A stretch of 64,000 nucleotides of DNA from Planctomycetota bacterium (GTDB lineage Bacteria; Planctomycetota; UBA8108; SXIK01). The DNA is taken from positions 1,888,001 to 1,952,000 of the forward strand of contig CBDCXR010000004.1 in NCBI GenBank assembly GCA_965223845.1. Direction: 5' to 3'. This document shows, in pieces, positions 30,765-41,055 of this stretch. The stretch's first letter is position 1; every line of letters begins with the position of its first letter. Position numbers and translations under genes: made by a program. The notes under the pieces were generated by a model that did not search any database, was not told the origin of the DNA, and saw nothing but the letters and a program-made list of their open reading frames with translations.

Positions 30765-31352
30765 TCACTCCGACCCGGTCGATCGAAAATGCCGGTGGAG
30801 CCAGGCGCGAGCCATTCTCCAGTCCTTCTCGATCGTCTTCGGCGAGACGCCCAGCTCTGCGGCCACTTCCTCGACGGTGAGGCCTGAGTAAAAGCGCAAG
30901 CGAACCACCTGAGCGTGGCGCTCATCGAGCTGGGCGAGCTCGTTCAGCGCCTCCTCGAGCGCGAGCACGTCCGCGGGGTCGACGTCGGTCTTTCCGGCGA
31001 GCATGTCCTCATGGAGCTCGACGGCCGGTGGCTTGTCACCGCCTCGCTTGAGGCGCTTCTTCGCTCGCCCGTGGTCGAGGAGAATCCGCCGCATCTCGAG
31101 TCCGGCTACGGCAAGAAAATGCGTGCGGCCTTTCCAATCGACGCGCGACTGATCCACGAGCCGGAAGTAGGCCTCGTGCACGAGGGCGGTTGGTTGAAGC
31201 GTGTGATTCACGCGTTCTCCCCGAAGGTGGTTTGAGGCGAGCTTTTGAAGATGTGTATACGCAACTTTCACCAGATCGTCCGCCGCCTTCGCGTCTCCAC
31301 CCATCGCTTTCGAAAGAGTCATCGTCGTCTTGGCGGGGTCGAGATCCGGCAT
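30765..31352 (-). CDS. ECF-type sigma factor of the kinase-associated planctomycete type (TIGR02999-like)
   Basis: HTLQPTALVHEAYFRL, HFLAVA...MRRIL.DH.R, VVRLRFYSGLT.EE.A, DWRMARAWL. Confidence 0.93.
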   Translation of the reverse strand: MPDLDPAKTTMTLSKAMGGDAKAADDLVKVAYTHLQKLASNHLRGERVNHTLQPTALVHEAYFRLVDQSRVDWKGRTHFLAVAGLEMRRILLDHGRAKKRLKRGGDKPPAVELHEDMLAGKTDVDPADVLALEEALNELAQLDERHAQVVRLRFYSGLTVEEVAAELGVSPKTIEKDWRMARAWLHRHFRSTGSE

Positions 31353-31785
31353 CGGCAACCTCAGGAAAAACGGTAGAGCTCGGCGAACCATCGGGGCGTT
31401 CACAAGGTCCGCTCGAGGCTCTACCCACATTCTCGAGAAGCGTATCCACGAGTCAAGCGGAGTGGGAAAGCCAGAAAGCTGTAGGTGGTCGAGGCACTTT
31501 CGGCGCGTTCATATTCGGATCCGGCGCTACGGAGAGTCGAACCTCTGCCGCGGCCGAGCTGAACGCAAGCGAGCTGGTCCTCGGCTCCGAGCACCCTTCC
31601 ACGAGCTGATCTGCGATCTCCCATCCGAGCCCCGCGAAGGAGCTTTCCCTGACATGCCGAGACAGAACCATCACCGACTCGCGCGGCTCGGAGCGTTGCC
31701 CGACGACCGTGCGCCGTGGCATCCTGAAAGGCAGGGCGATGGGGTCTCCTTCTTCCTTCGAGCCGCTCCCCACCGGACGACCTGT

Positions 31786-34700
31786 GTGACTCCTGAAGAC
31801 TTTCGCCGGGTCCGAGAGATCTTCGGCAGAGCCTGCGAATTCCCGGCTTCTGAGCGCGGGCCATTCACGCGCGCCGCCGCGGCCGGAGACGAGGACATCA
31901 TTCGAGAGGTCGAATCCTTGCTCGCGGCCGAGGATGAAGTCGTCGCATCGGAGCAGCAAAGGACTTCGCTCGGCCCCGCGGTCGTTCCCGGCCGCACGAT
32001 GGACATCGATCTAGCCGATGCTTGGTTCAGCAGGTACTGTCCGGTCTGCAACGCCCGGTACCCGCTCACTCGAAGTGAATGTCCCGAAGACGGAGCCTCG
32101 CTCCGCGATCTCTCGATCGCCGCCTCCTGGCCGACGGACACGAAGTGGGGCCAAATCGCAGGGCTGCTCGACTCCCTGACGGTCGACCGCGTTCCCGGCG
32201 ATGACGCGCAATCCTTCCGAGCGTGCTCGAACTGCGATTCGCTCGTCCCCCCGGGGCGTCTCGAGTGTCCACGCTGTCGCACTCGCCTTTCCGGCGGGCT
32301 CGGAAACGGAGCTTGGCTGGACGGCTTGCCCGGCGTCTTCGGCGGAAAGTGGCATATCTCTTCGCGCGAAGGCGGCGGAGCGTTCGGCGCTTTCTTTCTC
32401 GGCGAGCATCACATCTTGGGTATGCGGGTCGGCATCAAGGTTCTGCGGTCCGAGTTCACCGCGACCAGCGAAGGCCGAGGCATGTTCCATCAGGAGGCGA
32501 TGCGTGTCAGTCGCCTCAATCACCCGAACATCGTCAAAGTGCTCGACTACGGCGAGGAGGAGTCGCGGCCGTATCTCGTCATGGAGTATCTCTCCGGCCG
32601 GCCTCTGCGGGAGTTCCTCGAAGGCGGCGTCATGGACGTGAACGACGGCGTAGAAGTGCTGCGTCAGACGTGCGTCGCCCTTTCCGCCGCCCACACCGGC
32701 GCTGCGTCCGGGGAGCCTCTCGTGCACCTCGACCTAAAACCGGAGCACATCTTCATCGAGAAGGTCGACGGACGCTGGCACGTCAAGGTGATCGACTTCG
32801 GGATCGCAGAGATCGTCTCGGCGCCGACGTCGGGCGATGACTCGTCGGCCGCGGAGAAACGGCCGCTCGCCGGGACGCTTCCCTACATGGCACCGGAGCG
32901 CTGGAAAGGTGTCGCGGACCCGCGCTGCGATATTTACGCGCTCGGAGTCATCCTCTACGAGGTCGTCGCGGGGAGCTTGCCGATCATGGCGTCGCACCCG
33001 GACGAGTTCCGACGGCTGCACGAGGAGCACGTCCCGCCTCCGCCGAGCCGCGTCGGATCGAGCCGTCGCGCGTCGCAATTGGTCGAGCTCGACGAGCTGA
33101 TTCTCGAAGCTCTCGCCAAAGACCCCGGTGACCGACCATCGAGCGCCGAGGCGCTAGCCGAAGCTCTCGAGAGGTGGCAGACGCGCCCACGTCGCAGTCG
33201 CCTCACGCGCGTCCTCCGTGCGAGCGCGGTGTCGATCCTCGTGTCTCTCGCGTTGATCGCGGTCCTCTTTCTCTGGGCTCCCTGGGAGCAGCTCGTCCTC
33301 TCATCAGTCCCCGGTGTCGTCGGACCCCGAGCACTCAGAGAGATCAACGCGACCGTTTCGGGTCTCGGCTACGAGAACGGCGAAGCGATCCTCGCCATCG
33401 AGCACCCCAAATCTCTCGAGATCCCGCTCGGTCGCGTCCTCGAAGGAGAGGTGACGGCGAGTGTCGGCTGGTCGGGCCTCGAGGCCCTTGCCGTCGACGA
33501 CAGCGAGCTCGAGTGCTCGGCTCGTCTTCGCGCGCGCGGACGGCTCGGCCGTACGCTCGTTTCGGAGCCGTTCGCGATCCGCCTCGACCGTCGACCACCG
33601 GCGATCGACATCGCCGCCGGTGGCAAGGTCGATGACGCGGACGAAAGCCTGCTTTGGATGCAGAGCAGCTTGCTGACGCTGAGGGCCGGCGAGCCCTTGG
33701 ACCGGGAGCGCTGTGTGATCGCCTTGGACGAACGCGACCCGGTCGGTCCCGTCAGAAGCCTATCGGCTCCGGATGCGGTGAGCTTCGAAGTCTTACCCGA
33801 AACCTCGCGACTGACCGTCCGACTCGCCGATCGCGCGGAAAACGTCGCGGAACGCAGCTGGCGAGTCCGATGGGTAGTTCCCTCGCGCGTTGTCTCTGAC
33901 CACGTGTTGTCGACCAATCAACGGAATTACGAGCTCGCCGTTCGGCTCGATCGACCACCGGGCAAGATCGAATTTCTCCAGATCGGAGCCGACGGGACGG
34001 AGCGCGCGGTCGAGGTAAGAGAGCGCGGGGAGACCGAGTACTTCGGTTCTCTCGAATTCACAGCCAGCTCGGCCGTTCAGGTGAAGAATCTTCGCGTCTC
34101 GACTTGGTCGCCGTTCTCCGCAAGCAAGGACGGACGACCCGAGGAGATCGCCGAGCTGGAGGTCCGATACCTTCGGCGAGCACTGAGCGTCGTACCCGCG
34201 TCCTTTCACGACGATCCGCGCTTCCCGCGTTCCTTCGAGGCGCTCGGCGAAAGTGCCCAGGTGGTCACGCCGCCTTCGCTCGACTGGCGGGTCGTCGCCA
34301 GCATCGCGGACGCGGGCCGCCAGCAGAGCCTCAAAGCCGGGATCACGCGGTCGGGCGAATTGGTCATCGACAAGGACCTCGCATCGCTCAAGGGAAGGCT
34401 CCTTCTCAACGTCGTCGCAACCGATCGCTACGGAAACGAGAGCGCGCCCTGGCTAGAAGAATACGGCATCCGCATCGCCAAACCCGCGGTGAGCGTGACG
34501 CTTCGCGGGGAAGGGAGCGATCGGCGACGTCCGCTCTTTCACGCCGACTGCCCGTGCCGACGGAGATCGGCGAGTCCGGCCAGACTCATGTTCGAGACGA
34601 AGGTGGAGTACGGCTATCCCTCCGAAATCGAGACGAAGTTCGTGATCGGAGATCTCGCCGGAGTCGACGTCTCGTCGTTCTTCGTCGACGAAGGCGACGG

Positions 34701-35676
34701 AGTTCGTAGCGTGCGCGAGGATCGCCTCCTGCCGCACCTCGCCGAAGGGGAGAATCTCCTCTATTTCGTAGGTACGGACAGAACCACCGGCGAGTTCGGC
34801 TTTGGACGCTGCTCGGTGTTCTACGGCGCGCCTGTCTCGGTCGCGCATTCTCCGGATGCCACTCCCGTCGCCGGCGAACGGATCGTCGTGACCACGGCGA
34901 TCCAGGGCGCAGGCGAACGACCCAAGACGGTGGTCTTCAACGGTAAGTCTTCCGAGCCGCAGACGCACGGTTCGGTTCAAAACTCCCTGAGTGTCCACGC
35001 GGTCGGTGAAACTGAAGCGAACGTCGTGGTGGCCGTCGGCACGAACTGCGAGCTCGAGTTCCCCCTCCGCTATTCCCGTCCTCCGGTCGAGGGACAGCTC
35101 TACCCGATCGACTTGGGAAGTGACGTCGGTCGGATTCCGCTCGCCTTTCACGCGCGTGACGAGGCTGCAGGAAGTTTCTGGTACACGTCTCTCGATTTTG
35201 GCGTACGCCTGCGCGAGCGCTTTCGCGCGTCGGCAATGGGGCGCGCATTTCGCGAGAGTCTTAGAAGACGTGGACGCGAAGATGCTTCAGGCGCCCGAGC
35301 TCGAAATACCTCGTGGCGGGAGGCCGACGCGATCACTCGTTGGCTCACGCGAGAGCTCGCGAAAAACGGTTGGCTGCGGAAGGATCAGAGAGTCTCGCTT
35401 CCGACGCTCCAGCAGGTGACGGCAGTCCGCGGCGGCAGGGGTGTCGCCAGTGACGCGAAGAGTCCCGGGCGCGAGTGGCTGGGCAGCGCCGCTAGCGACC
35501 GGGTCCCTGGATTCGATGCGACCTTCGCGAAGACGTCGCCGGAAGGCGTCGTCCGGCTCGGTGCCAGCGCCGACGCGAACCGAGCGCCGTTTCGAGTCAT
35601 CGTTTCGGCGTTCAAGGAAAGCGATGCCGCGATCCCGCGGCGGGCGATTCGATCGCGTCCAAGGAGGGAGCAGTGA
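31786..35676 (+). CDS. Membrane Ser/Thr protein kinase with N-terminal Zn ribbons and large extracytoplasmic region
   Basis: Typical start MTPEDFRRVREIF at GTG 31786; GGGAFG, VGIKVL, HPNIV, HLDLKPEH, DFG, GTLPYMAPE, DIYALG; TM after the kinase; Ig-like strands. Confidence 0.9.
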   Translation: MTPEDFRRVREIFGRACEFPASERGPFTRAAAAGDEDIIREVESLLAAEDEVVASEQQRTSLGPAVVPGRTMDIDLADAWFSRYCPVCNARYPLTRSECPEDGASLRDLSIAASWPTDTKWGQIAGLLDSLTVDRVPGDDAQSFRACSNCDSLVPPGRLECPRCRTRLSGGLGNGAWLDGLPGVFGGKWHISSREGGGAFGAFFLGEHHILGMRVGIKVLRSEFTATSEGRGMFHQEAMRVSRLNHPNIVKVLDYGEEESRPYLVMEYLSGRPLREFLEGGVMDVNDGVEVLRQTCVALSAAHTGAASGEPLVHLDLKPEHIFIEKVDGRWHVKVIDFGIAEIVSAPTSGDDSSAAEKRPLAGTLPYMAPERWKGVADPRCDIYALGVILYEVVAGSLPIMASHPDEFRRLHEEHVPPPPSRVGSSRRASQLVELDELILEALAKDPGDRPSSAEALAEALERWQTRPRRSRLTRVLRASAVSILVSLALIAVLFLWAPWEQLVLSSVPGVVGPRALREINATVSGLGYENGEAILAIEHPKSLEIPLGRVLEGEVTASVGWSGLEALAVDDSELECSARLRARGRLGRTLVSEPFAIRLDRRPPAIDIAAGGKVDDADESLLWMQSSLLTLRAGEPLDRERCVIALDERDPVGPVRSLSAPDAVSFEVLPETSRLTVRLADRAENVAERSWRVRWVVPSRVVSDHVLSTNQRNYELAVRLDRPPGKIEFLQIGADGTERAVEVRERGETEYFGSLEFTASSAVQVKNLRVSTWSPFSASKDGRPEEIAELEVRYLRRALSVVPASFHDDPRFPRSFEALGESAQVVTPPSLDWRVVASIADAGRQQSLKAGITRSGELVIDKDLASLKGRLLLNVVATDRYGNESAPWLEEYGIRIAKPAVSVTLRGEGSDRRRPLFHADCPCRRRSASPARLMFETKVEYGYPSEIETKFVIGDLAGVDVSSFFVDEGDGVRSVREDRLLPHLAEGENLLYFVGTDRTTGEFGFGRCSVFYGAPVSVAHSPDATPVAGERIVVTTAIQGAGERPKTVVFNGKSSEPQTHGSVQNSLSVHAVGETEANVVVAVGTNCELEFPLRYSRPPVEGQLYPIDLGSDVGRIPLAFHARDEAAGSFWYTSLDFGVRLRERFRASAMGRAFRESLRRRGREDASGARARNTSWREADAITRWLTRELAKNGWLRKDQRVSLPTLQQVTAVRGGRGVASDAKSPGREWLGSAASDRVPGFDATFAKTSPEGVVRLGASADANRAPFRVIVSAFKESDAAIPRRAIRSRPRREQ

Positions 35677-36728
35677 AGACGGTGACGCACAGATCCGGAT
35701 CGGGGCGACTTCGTGTGTGGATGCGCCTTTCTTCGTTCGTCGCGGTGTCCGCTCTCGTCTCGGCCTGTGCCAGCAGTCCGCTAGAGACGCCGGAGATGCG
35801 AACTCTCGCGACCGAGAGCCCGTTTCCGCGTTCCGTGTCGATCGCAATCGACTGTGCTGATTCCACCTGCTTCGGTGAGGCTTCGGAATGGTCGACCGAC
35901 CTCATCCGCGCCTTCCGCGAGCTCAACGTTTGCTCCGCAGTTTGGGACGAAGCGGAGCGCGGGGCGGGAGATGCGGACATGCATGTGAGCGTTCGCTTGG
36001 AGCGTCTGCTCGCCGACGACCCCCGAGTCGGCCAGCCGGAAGTCGATACGCAAGGGATGTTCGTCGGCGTCGTCTCGTGGATGTTCGTCCCGTTGCTGCC
36101 CCTTTGGATCGCCGACGTGCGCATCGATCCCGGCCTCCAGATCGGGCTCGAGTGGTCGCTGCACCCGAGCGGGCGCGCGCGAGGTCGTCGGGGAGGGGCG
36201 ACACTCGAGGCGGATTCGATCGAGACGTCGCTTCGGGAGCGCCGTCCGTGGATGGCTTGGTCGACCCTCGGCGCCGTTTTCGCGCCGCCGCTCGTTTTCA
36301 GAGAGATCGACGAAGCCCACCTGCAGCATTCTTTGGCCGAGCGCGTCCGCGCTCAGGTTGCGGCCAAGATTGCCGGCGCCATCAAGCGCGAGACCCTCGT
36401 CGAACGCGAGTTGCTTTCCGGTCTCGAAGTCACCGGAGCCGCCTCGAGCCTGACCCTTCAGTATCGATCGACGCCGGATCTCGGACGATTGTATGTCTGG
36501 CTCGATGAGAGCGACGAAAAGGGAATCGCCATCGACGTCGCGTTCTCAGACGATCCGACCGTCGAGCGACACGTGGCGCTTCGCGATCACTTGCCGCGTC
36601 CCGCACGATCCGGCGAGCTTCTCCGTCTGGAGGCATTGCGCCGAGACGGCGCCGTATTTCGGTACTCGCTTCGTACTGGTGGTGACGAACTCTCGAGCGA
36701 TCGGACCTCGTCGAGGAAGGAGGAATGA
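35673..36728 (+). CDS. Hypothetical lipoprotein
   Basis: Lipobox LVSAC; GTGA overlap with kinase stop and ATGA overlap with next gene. Confidence 0.75.
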   Translation: MKTVTHRSGSGRLRVWMRLSSFVAVSALVSACASSPLETPEMRTLATESPFPRSVSIAIDCADSTCFGEASEWSTDLIRAFRELNVCSAVWDEAERGAGDADMHVSVRLERLLADDPRVGQPEVDTQGMFVGVVSWMFVPLLPLWIADVRIDPGLQIGLEWSLHPSGRARGRRGGATLEADSIETSLRERRPWMAWSTLGAVFAPPLVFREIDEAHLQHSLAERVRAQVAAKIAGAIKRETLVERELLSGLEVTGAASSLTLQYRSTPDLGRLYVWLDESDEKGIAIDVAFSDDPTVERHVALRDHLPRPARSGELLRLEALRRDGAVFRYSLRTGGDELSSDRTSSRKEE

Positions 36729-39700
36729 TGGCCGCGAAGATCGTCGCGAGAGCGCGATTCCTCTTCGCGAGGACGATCGCGGCACTCGCGTGTTCGGCAG
36801 GTCTCGCGGTCCTCTGGGGTTGCGCTCCGGGAGCAGCCGTCGTGGGGCTTCTCGTTGCGGACGTCGCGGATGGCGGCGGTGGAAGCGCGGCGGACCGGCC
36901 GGCGACCGTCGTGCTCCTTGGCGCCCCCGCTGGTGAGAACCCCGAGCAGATCGAGGTCCGCTTCCAGATCGACAACGACGACGGAGAAGTCGACGTCCGA
37001 CTCGAGTACGAAGTCATCACGCCACTCGGCGGAGACTTGGCAACTGGGACGACGCACACCGCGACATCGTATCCGGGTTTCGAGCTACCTCGGTCGATCC
37101 CTCCCGGAGTCCCGGTCACGTTTCTTTGGGACGCCGCTGCGGATCTCGGCGAAAGCTCCGCGTTCGTCGTCCTTCGTGCGATCGTCCGCGAAGAAGGAGT
37201 CGCTGGCGAGAGAACTCTGCCTCTCGGCGGAGAGTTTCGCGCGGGGAACACGGGGCCGCGCCTCTCGGAAATCCACGCGTCGAACGAACGACAGGAGCTG
37301 GTTTTGCGCTTCTCGATCGTCGACGCGGAAAGCGATCTGATCATCGCCGGAGGCGAGCCCGAGGAGGACCTCATAGTGGTCACGGCGTCGATCGACGGAG
37401 ACCCGCCCGTCGAGATTCCTTCCAGCGTGATCCCACGGACGGTTTTCGCTTCGGCCCCGCAGACTCCTTCCGAGCAGAGCTTTCGCGTGGACCTACGCGA
37501 CGAGAGGATTCCCCCGGCGCTGAGTCGCGCGGGGACGTTCGGGTTCGTCGGCGAGATGACCGTGACTCTTTCCATCCGCGACTTTCCGAGCGAGCCGTTC
37601 TCGCCTGAGAAGAGCGCAAGCTTCGATTTCGACAATAACGACGCGCCCTTCGTCGAGTTTCTTCCGCCCGAACCAGGGGACCTGGAGAGCGGCGTCGTTC
37701 CGATCCGCTACCGCGTCTTCAACGAGGACGAGGAGGCCGGTCCGGTGTCTCTCCGCGTGCAAGTGGATCTCGGGAGCGGTCCGGAGCCGGCCATAGAGTT
37801 CCCGCTGCCACAGTCCGATGGGACGCTGCTCTGCGCCGAACCCGGAAGAGAAGACTGCGCGCTCCAGCCCTCGCAAGCGGGGATCGCTGACGGACCCTTT
37901 CGCACCTTCTTTTGGAACGCGCTCTCCCACCAAGGCGTTGGGAGGAGCTTCCTCGTATCGATCGAGGCTGAAGATGCCGAACGCGGAGCCGCGACGGAGC
38001 GGTTGTTTTCGGGCCTCGATGTAACGCGTTTCCTCCGGACCGATGTTGCGCTCGTCGGCGACAAGCCGGAGGCGATCGCAGTCGGTGATTTCGACGGAGA
38101 CGGTGTACTCGATCTCGCGCTTGCCAACGCGCTCTCCGATTCGGTCACCTATCTGCGGGGAGGACGCGACGGTTTTGCCGAGTCGCGGAGACGGGAGATC
38201 GACGTCGGCGATCGCGCGGTGGCTCTGCAAACCGGCGACTTCGACGGTGACCGCGTTCTCGACCTGGTGGTGGCGAACGAACGCTCGGGCACTGTCACCT
38301 ACCTGCGCGGCGGCGCCGGTGGACTGACGGAGTCGGAGAGCCACGTCGTCTCCGTGGGAGAATTCCCCGTCGCGCTAGCGGCCGGCGATTTCAACGGCGA
38401 CGATCAACTCGACATCGCCGTGGCAAATCAGCGCTCGGGGAACGTTACCTGTCTACTCGGTGGTCCAGGCGGACTGACAGACGAGAGAAGGAGCGACACG
38501 CCGGTGGGGGACGCTCCCGCCGCTTTGGAGTCGGGGGACTTCGATGGCGACGGCGTGCTCGACCTCGCCGTCGCGAACGAGGTTTCAGCGACGGTAACGT
38601 ACCTGCGCGGCAGGGAGGACGGCCTCGCGCGCCACGCCACCGAGATCTCGGTCGGCGACGTCCCGGCCGCTCTCGAGTCGGGGGACTTCAACGGCGATGG
38701 TGCGCTCGATCTTGCCGTCGCGAATTCCGGCTCAGCCGCGGTCACGTACCTTTCCGGCGGGCCGGACGGGCTTACGGACGCGGGCGCCAGAGAGATCCCG
38801 GTCGGAGAATATCCCGTCGCTTTGGCGCCGGGTGACTTCGACGGCGACGGGGTGTCCGATCTCGCCGTCGCGAATTCCGGCTCCGGGACGATCACGTATC
38901 TGCGCGGCGGCCCCGAGGGCTTGACGGAATTGAGCCGAATCGACGTCGCAGTCGGTGACCATCCCGTCGCTCTCGATGCGGGGGACTTGGACGGTGACGG
39001 TGCGCTCGATCTCGTTGTCGCGAACGCCGGGTTCTTCGGAACGGGCGGGCCGGTCACCTACCTGCGCGGCGGCCGCGGAGGGCTCAACAGCGAGAGACAA
39101 CTCGAGATCGGCGTCGGCGATCTTCCCTTCGCCGTCCGGACGGGAGATTTCGACGCGGACGGCGCTCTCGACCTCGTGGTGGCGAGCGATCGCTCCGTCA
39201 CCCACGTGCGCGGTCGTCCAGGGGGACTCGTCGAGGAAAGACGAGTGAACATTTCCGTCGGAGCCACGCCGGTCACTCTGGAGAAGGGGGATTTCGACGG
39301 CGACGGCGCGCTCGATCTAGCCGTCGCCAACCGTGACTCCGACACCGTCACCTACCTGCGCGGCGGCGCCGGAGGCTTGACGGCCGAGAGACGCACGGAG
39401 ATCCGAGTCGGCGACCGTCCATTCGATCTCGAAGCCGGCGACTTCGATGGCGACGGCGCCCTCGACCTCGCCGTGATCGACAGTCGCTCCGATACGCTCG
39501 TTTACCTTCGCGGCGGACCCGAGGGACTCAGTCGAGGAGAAGAAGAGCAGAACGTGGTCGGCGTGCAGAATCTGTCGGTCACCATGCGCGCCGGCCGCTT
39601 CGATGCGGACGAAATTCTCGATCTCGCCATCGTGAGCACCTTGCCGAGCGTGCTCACCGTGATTCCCGGCGGTGCGGACTTTCCGCAGCGAGAGCAGACG

Positions 39701-40984
39701 ATGATCGCGCTCGCCGGACTGGGCTCGTGCGAGCTCGAACCGGGGGACTTCGACGGCGATGGTTCGCTCGACCTCGCGATCGCAAACCGCGACTCCGGCA
39801 CGGTGACGCTCGTGCGCCGTGGAGATGGCGGCTTCTCGGACGCAATTCTCCAGGAGATGCCGGTAGGGAGGGGGCCTTGCGCGCTCGAAGCCGGCGACTT
39901 TGACTCGGACGGACTCTTAGACATTGCGGTCGCGAACGCCGAGTCGAGCACGGTTTCGATTCTGCGCGGCGGAGTCGACGGGTTTTCGGTGGCCGCGACC
40001 TTGTCGGTCGGCTCATCGCCGGTCGCGCTAGCGTCGGGAGACTACGACGGCGACGGTTCCCTCGATCTCGCCGTTGCGAACGAGGCATCTAGTAGCGTCA
40101 CCTTCCTCTGGAGCCGCAAGGCTTCGATCGGGGACAGGACGCGGGGAGACGTATCCGTCGGCGATCTCCCGGTCGCCCTCGAATCGGGAGACTTCGACGG
40201 CGACGGTCGTCTCGATCTCGTCGTTTTGAATCGAGGCTCCGATTCGGTCACCTACCTGCGTGGAGGTCCCGGTGGTCCGACGGACGAAAGAAGATCGGAA
40301 ATGGCGGTAGGTCTCGATCCGCTCGTGCTCGAGGCGGGGGACTTCGATGGCGACGGTGCTCTCGACCTCGCTGTCGCGAACGAATTTTCGAACACGGTCA
40401 CGCAGCTTCGCTCCCGCTATCTGATCCGCCACGCGAGCTGTCTCGTGTGGCCCGAGGATGCGAACGCGGAACCGGGAGACCTCGCGTCGCCCGCTCTCTG
40501 TGAGCTGCTCGACACGGGCACTTTTCCGCGGTACCGACTCGAGCTCCCGAGCGCCGCGTTCTCCGCTTCGGGATCTCGCCGCGATTCGCTTCGTCAGCCC
40601 ACCCCAGTCGTCGTCGTGCCGACCACGGTTTTCCCCTTTCCGTCCGAGATTCTCAAGGACACGTTTCGCCGCAACGAGTTTCTGGCCATAGTCGCCGATC
40701 CGGTCGCGATCCTTCGCGAATCTCTCGAGATCCAGGGTGAGGCGGTGCTCACTCTCCGCCTTCGCGATCGGGATCTCGACCTCTTCGAGGAAGTCCGTGC
40801 CAGCCCCGACAGGCTACGCGTCTTCTGGCGACGAGGCGAGGACGGAGAGGTGGAGGAGCTCGGAGAAGTCCCCGAGCTCGTGAGCTTTCGCGATGGCTCT
40901 ACGGGGCACGACGCCGTCGCCTTTCGGGTGACTCGCTTCGGCCGGTACTTGGTCGCGTTCGAGCGCGAGCGGACGGGGGAGTGA
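36725..40984 (+). CDS. Large FG-GAP/VCBS repeat lipoprotein
   Basis: Lipobox LWGC; 16 copies of GDFDGDGxLDLAVAN. Confidence 0.92.
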   Translation: MMAAKIVARARFLFARTIAALACSAGLAVLWGCAPGAAVVGLLVADVADGGGGSAADRPATVVLLGAPAGENPEQIEVRFQIDNDDGEVDVRLEYEVITPLGGDLATGTTHTATSYPGFELPRSIPPGVPVTFLWDAAADLGESSAFVVLRAIVREEGVAGERTLPLGGEFRAGNTGPRLSEIHASNERQELVLRFSIVDAESDLIIAGGEPEEDLIVVTASIDGDPPVEIPSSVIPRTVFASAPQTPSEQSFRVDLRDERIPPALSRAGTFGFVGEMTVTLSIRDFPSEPFSPEKSASFDFDNNDAPFVEFLPPEPGDLESGVVPIRYRVFNEDEEAGPVSLRVQVDLGSGPEPAIEFPLPQSDGTLLCAEPGREDCALQPSQAGIADGPFRTFFWNALSHQGVGRSFLVSIEAEDAERGAATERLFSGLDVTRFLRTDVALVGDKPEAIAVGDFDGDGVLDLALANALSDSVTYLRGGRDGFAESRRREIDVGDRAVALQTGDFDGDRVLDLVVANERSGTVTYLRGGAGGLTESESHVVSVGEFPVALAAGDFNGDDQLDIAVANQRSGNVTCLLGGPGGLTDERRSDTPVGDAPAALESGDFDGDGVLDLAVANEVSATVTYLRGREDGLARHATEISVGDVPAALESGDFNGDGALDLAVANSGSAAVTYLSGGPDGLTDAGAREIPVGEYPVALAPGDFDGDGVSDLAVANSGSGTITYLRGGPEGLTELSRIDVAVGDHPVALDAGDLDGDGALDLVVANAGFFGTGGPVTYLRGGRGGLNSERQLEIGVGDLPFAVRTGDFDADGALDLVVASDRSVTHVRGRPGGLVEERRVNISVGATPVTLEKGDFDGDGALDLAVANRDSDTVTYLRGGAGGLTAERRTEIRVGDRPFDLEAGDFDGDGALDLAVIDSRSDTLVYLRGGPEGLSRGEEEQNVVGVQNLSVTMRAGRFDADEILDLAIVSTLPSVLTVIPGGADFPQREQTMIALAGLGSCELEPGDFDGDGSLDLAIANRDSGTVTLVRRGDGGFSDAILQEMPVGRGPCALEAGDFDSDGLLDIAVANAESSTVSILRGGVDGFSVAATLSVGSSPVALASGDYDGDGSLDLAVANEASSSVTFLWSRKASIGDRTRGDVSVGDLPVALESGDFDGDGRLDLVVLNRGSDSVTYLRGGPGGPTDERRSEMAVGLDPLVLEAGDFDGDGALDLAVANEFSNTVTQLRSRYLIRHASCLVWPEDANAEPGDLASPALCELLDTGTFPRYRLELPSAAFSASGSRRDSLRQPTPVVVVPTTVFPFPSEILKDTFRRNEFLAIVADPVAILRESLEIQGEAVLTLRLRDRDLDLFEEVRASPDRLRVFWRRGEDGEVEELGEVPELVSFRDGSTGHDAVAFRVTRFGRYLVAFERERTGE
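38084..40385 (+). repeat. 16 intragenic FG-GAP repeats of roughly 47-48 codons
   Basis: Recurring ggcgacttcgacggcgacgg...ctcgacctcgccgtcgcgaac at DNA level. Confidence 0.85.
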
Positions 40985-41055
40985 TGCGACGAGGATATTC
41001 TTCGAATTCTACGGTCGAGCGCGCGCACGATGAGTCGACGCGAAAGGAAAGTCGC

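Noticed and set aside
31330-31785. N-terminal 152 aa of the 1448-aa kinase ORF
   Set aside because: Overlaps the divergent ECF start and promoter region; the family-typical start is at 31786.
38084-40385. Regularly spaced repeats as a CRISPR array
   Set aside because: Degenerate in-frame FG-GAP coding repeats; no cas genes and no identical repeats.
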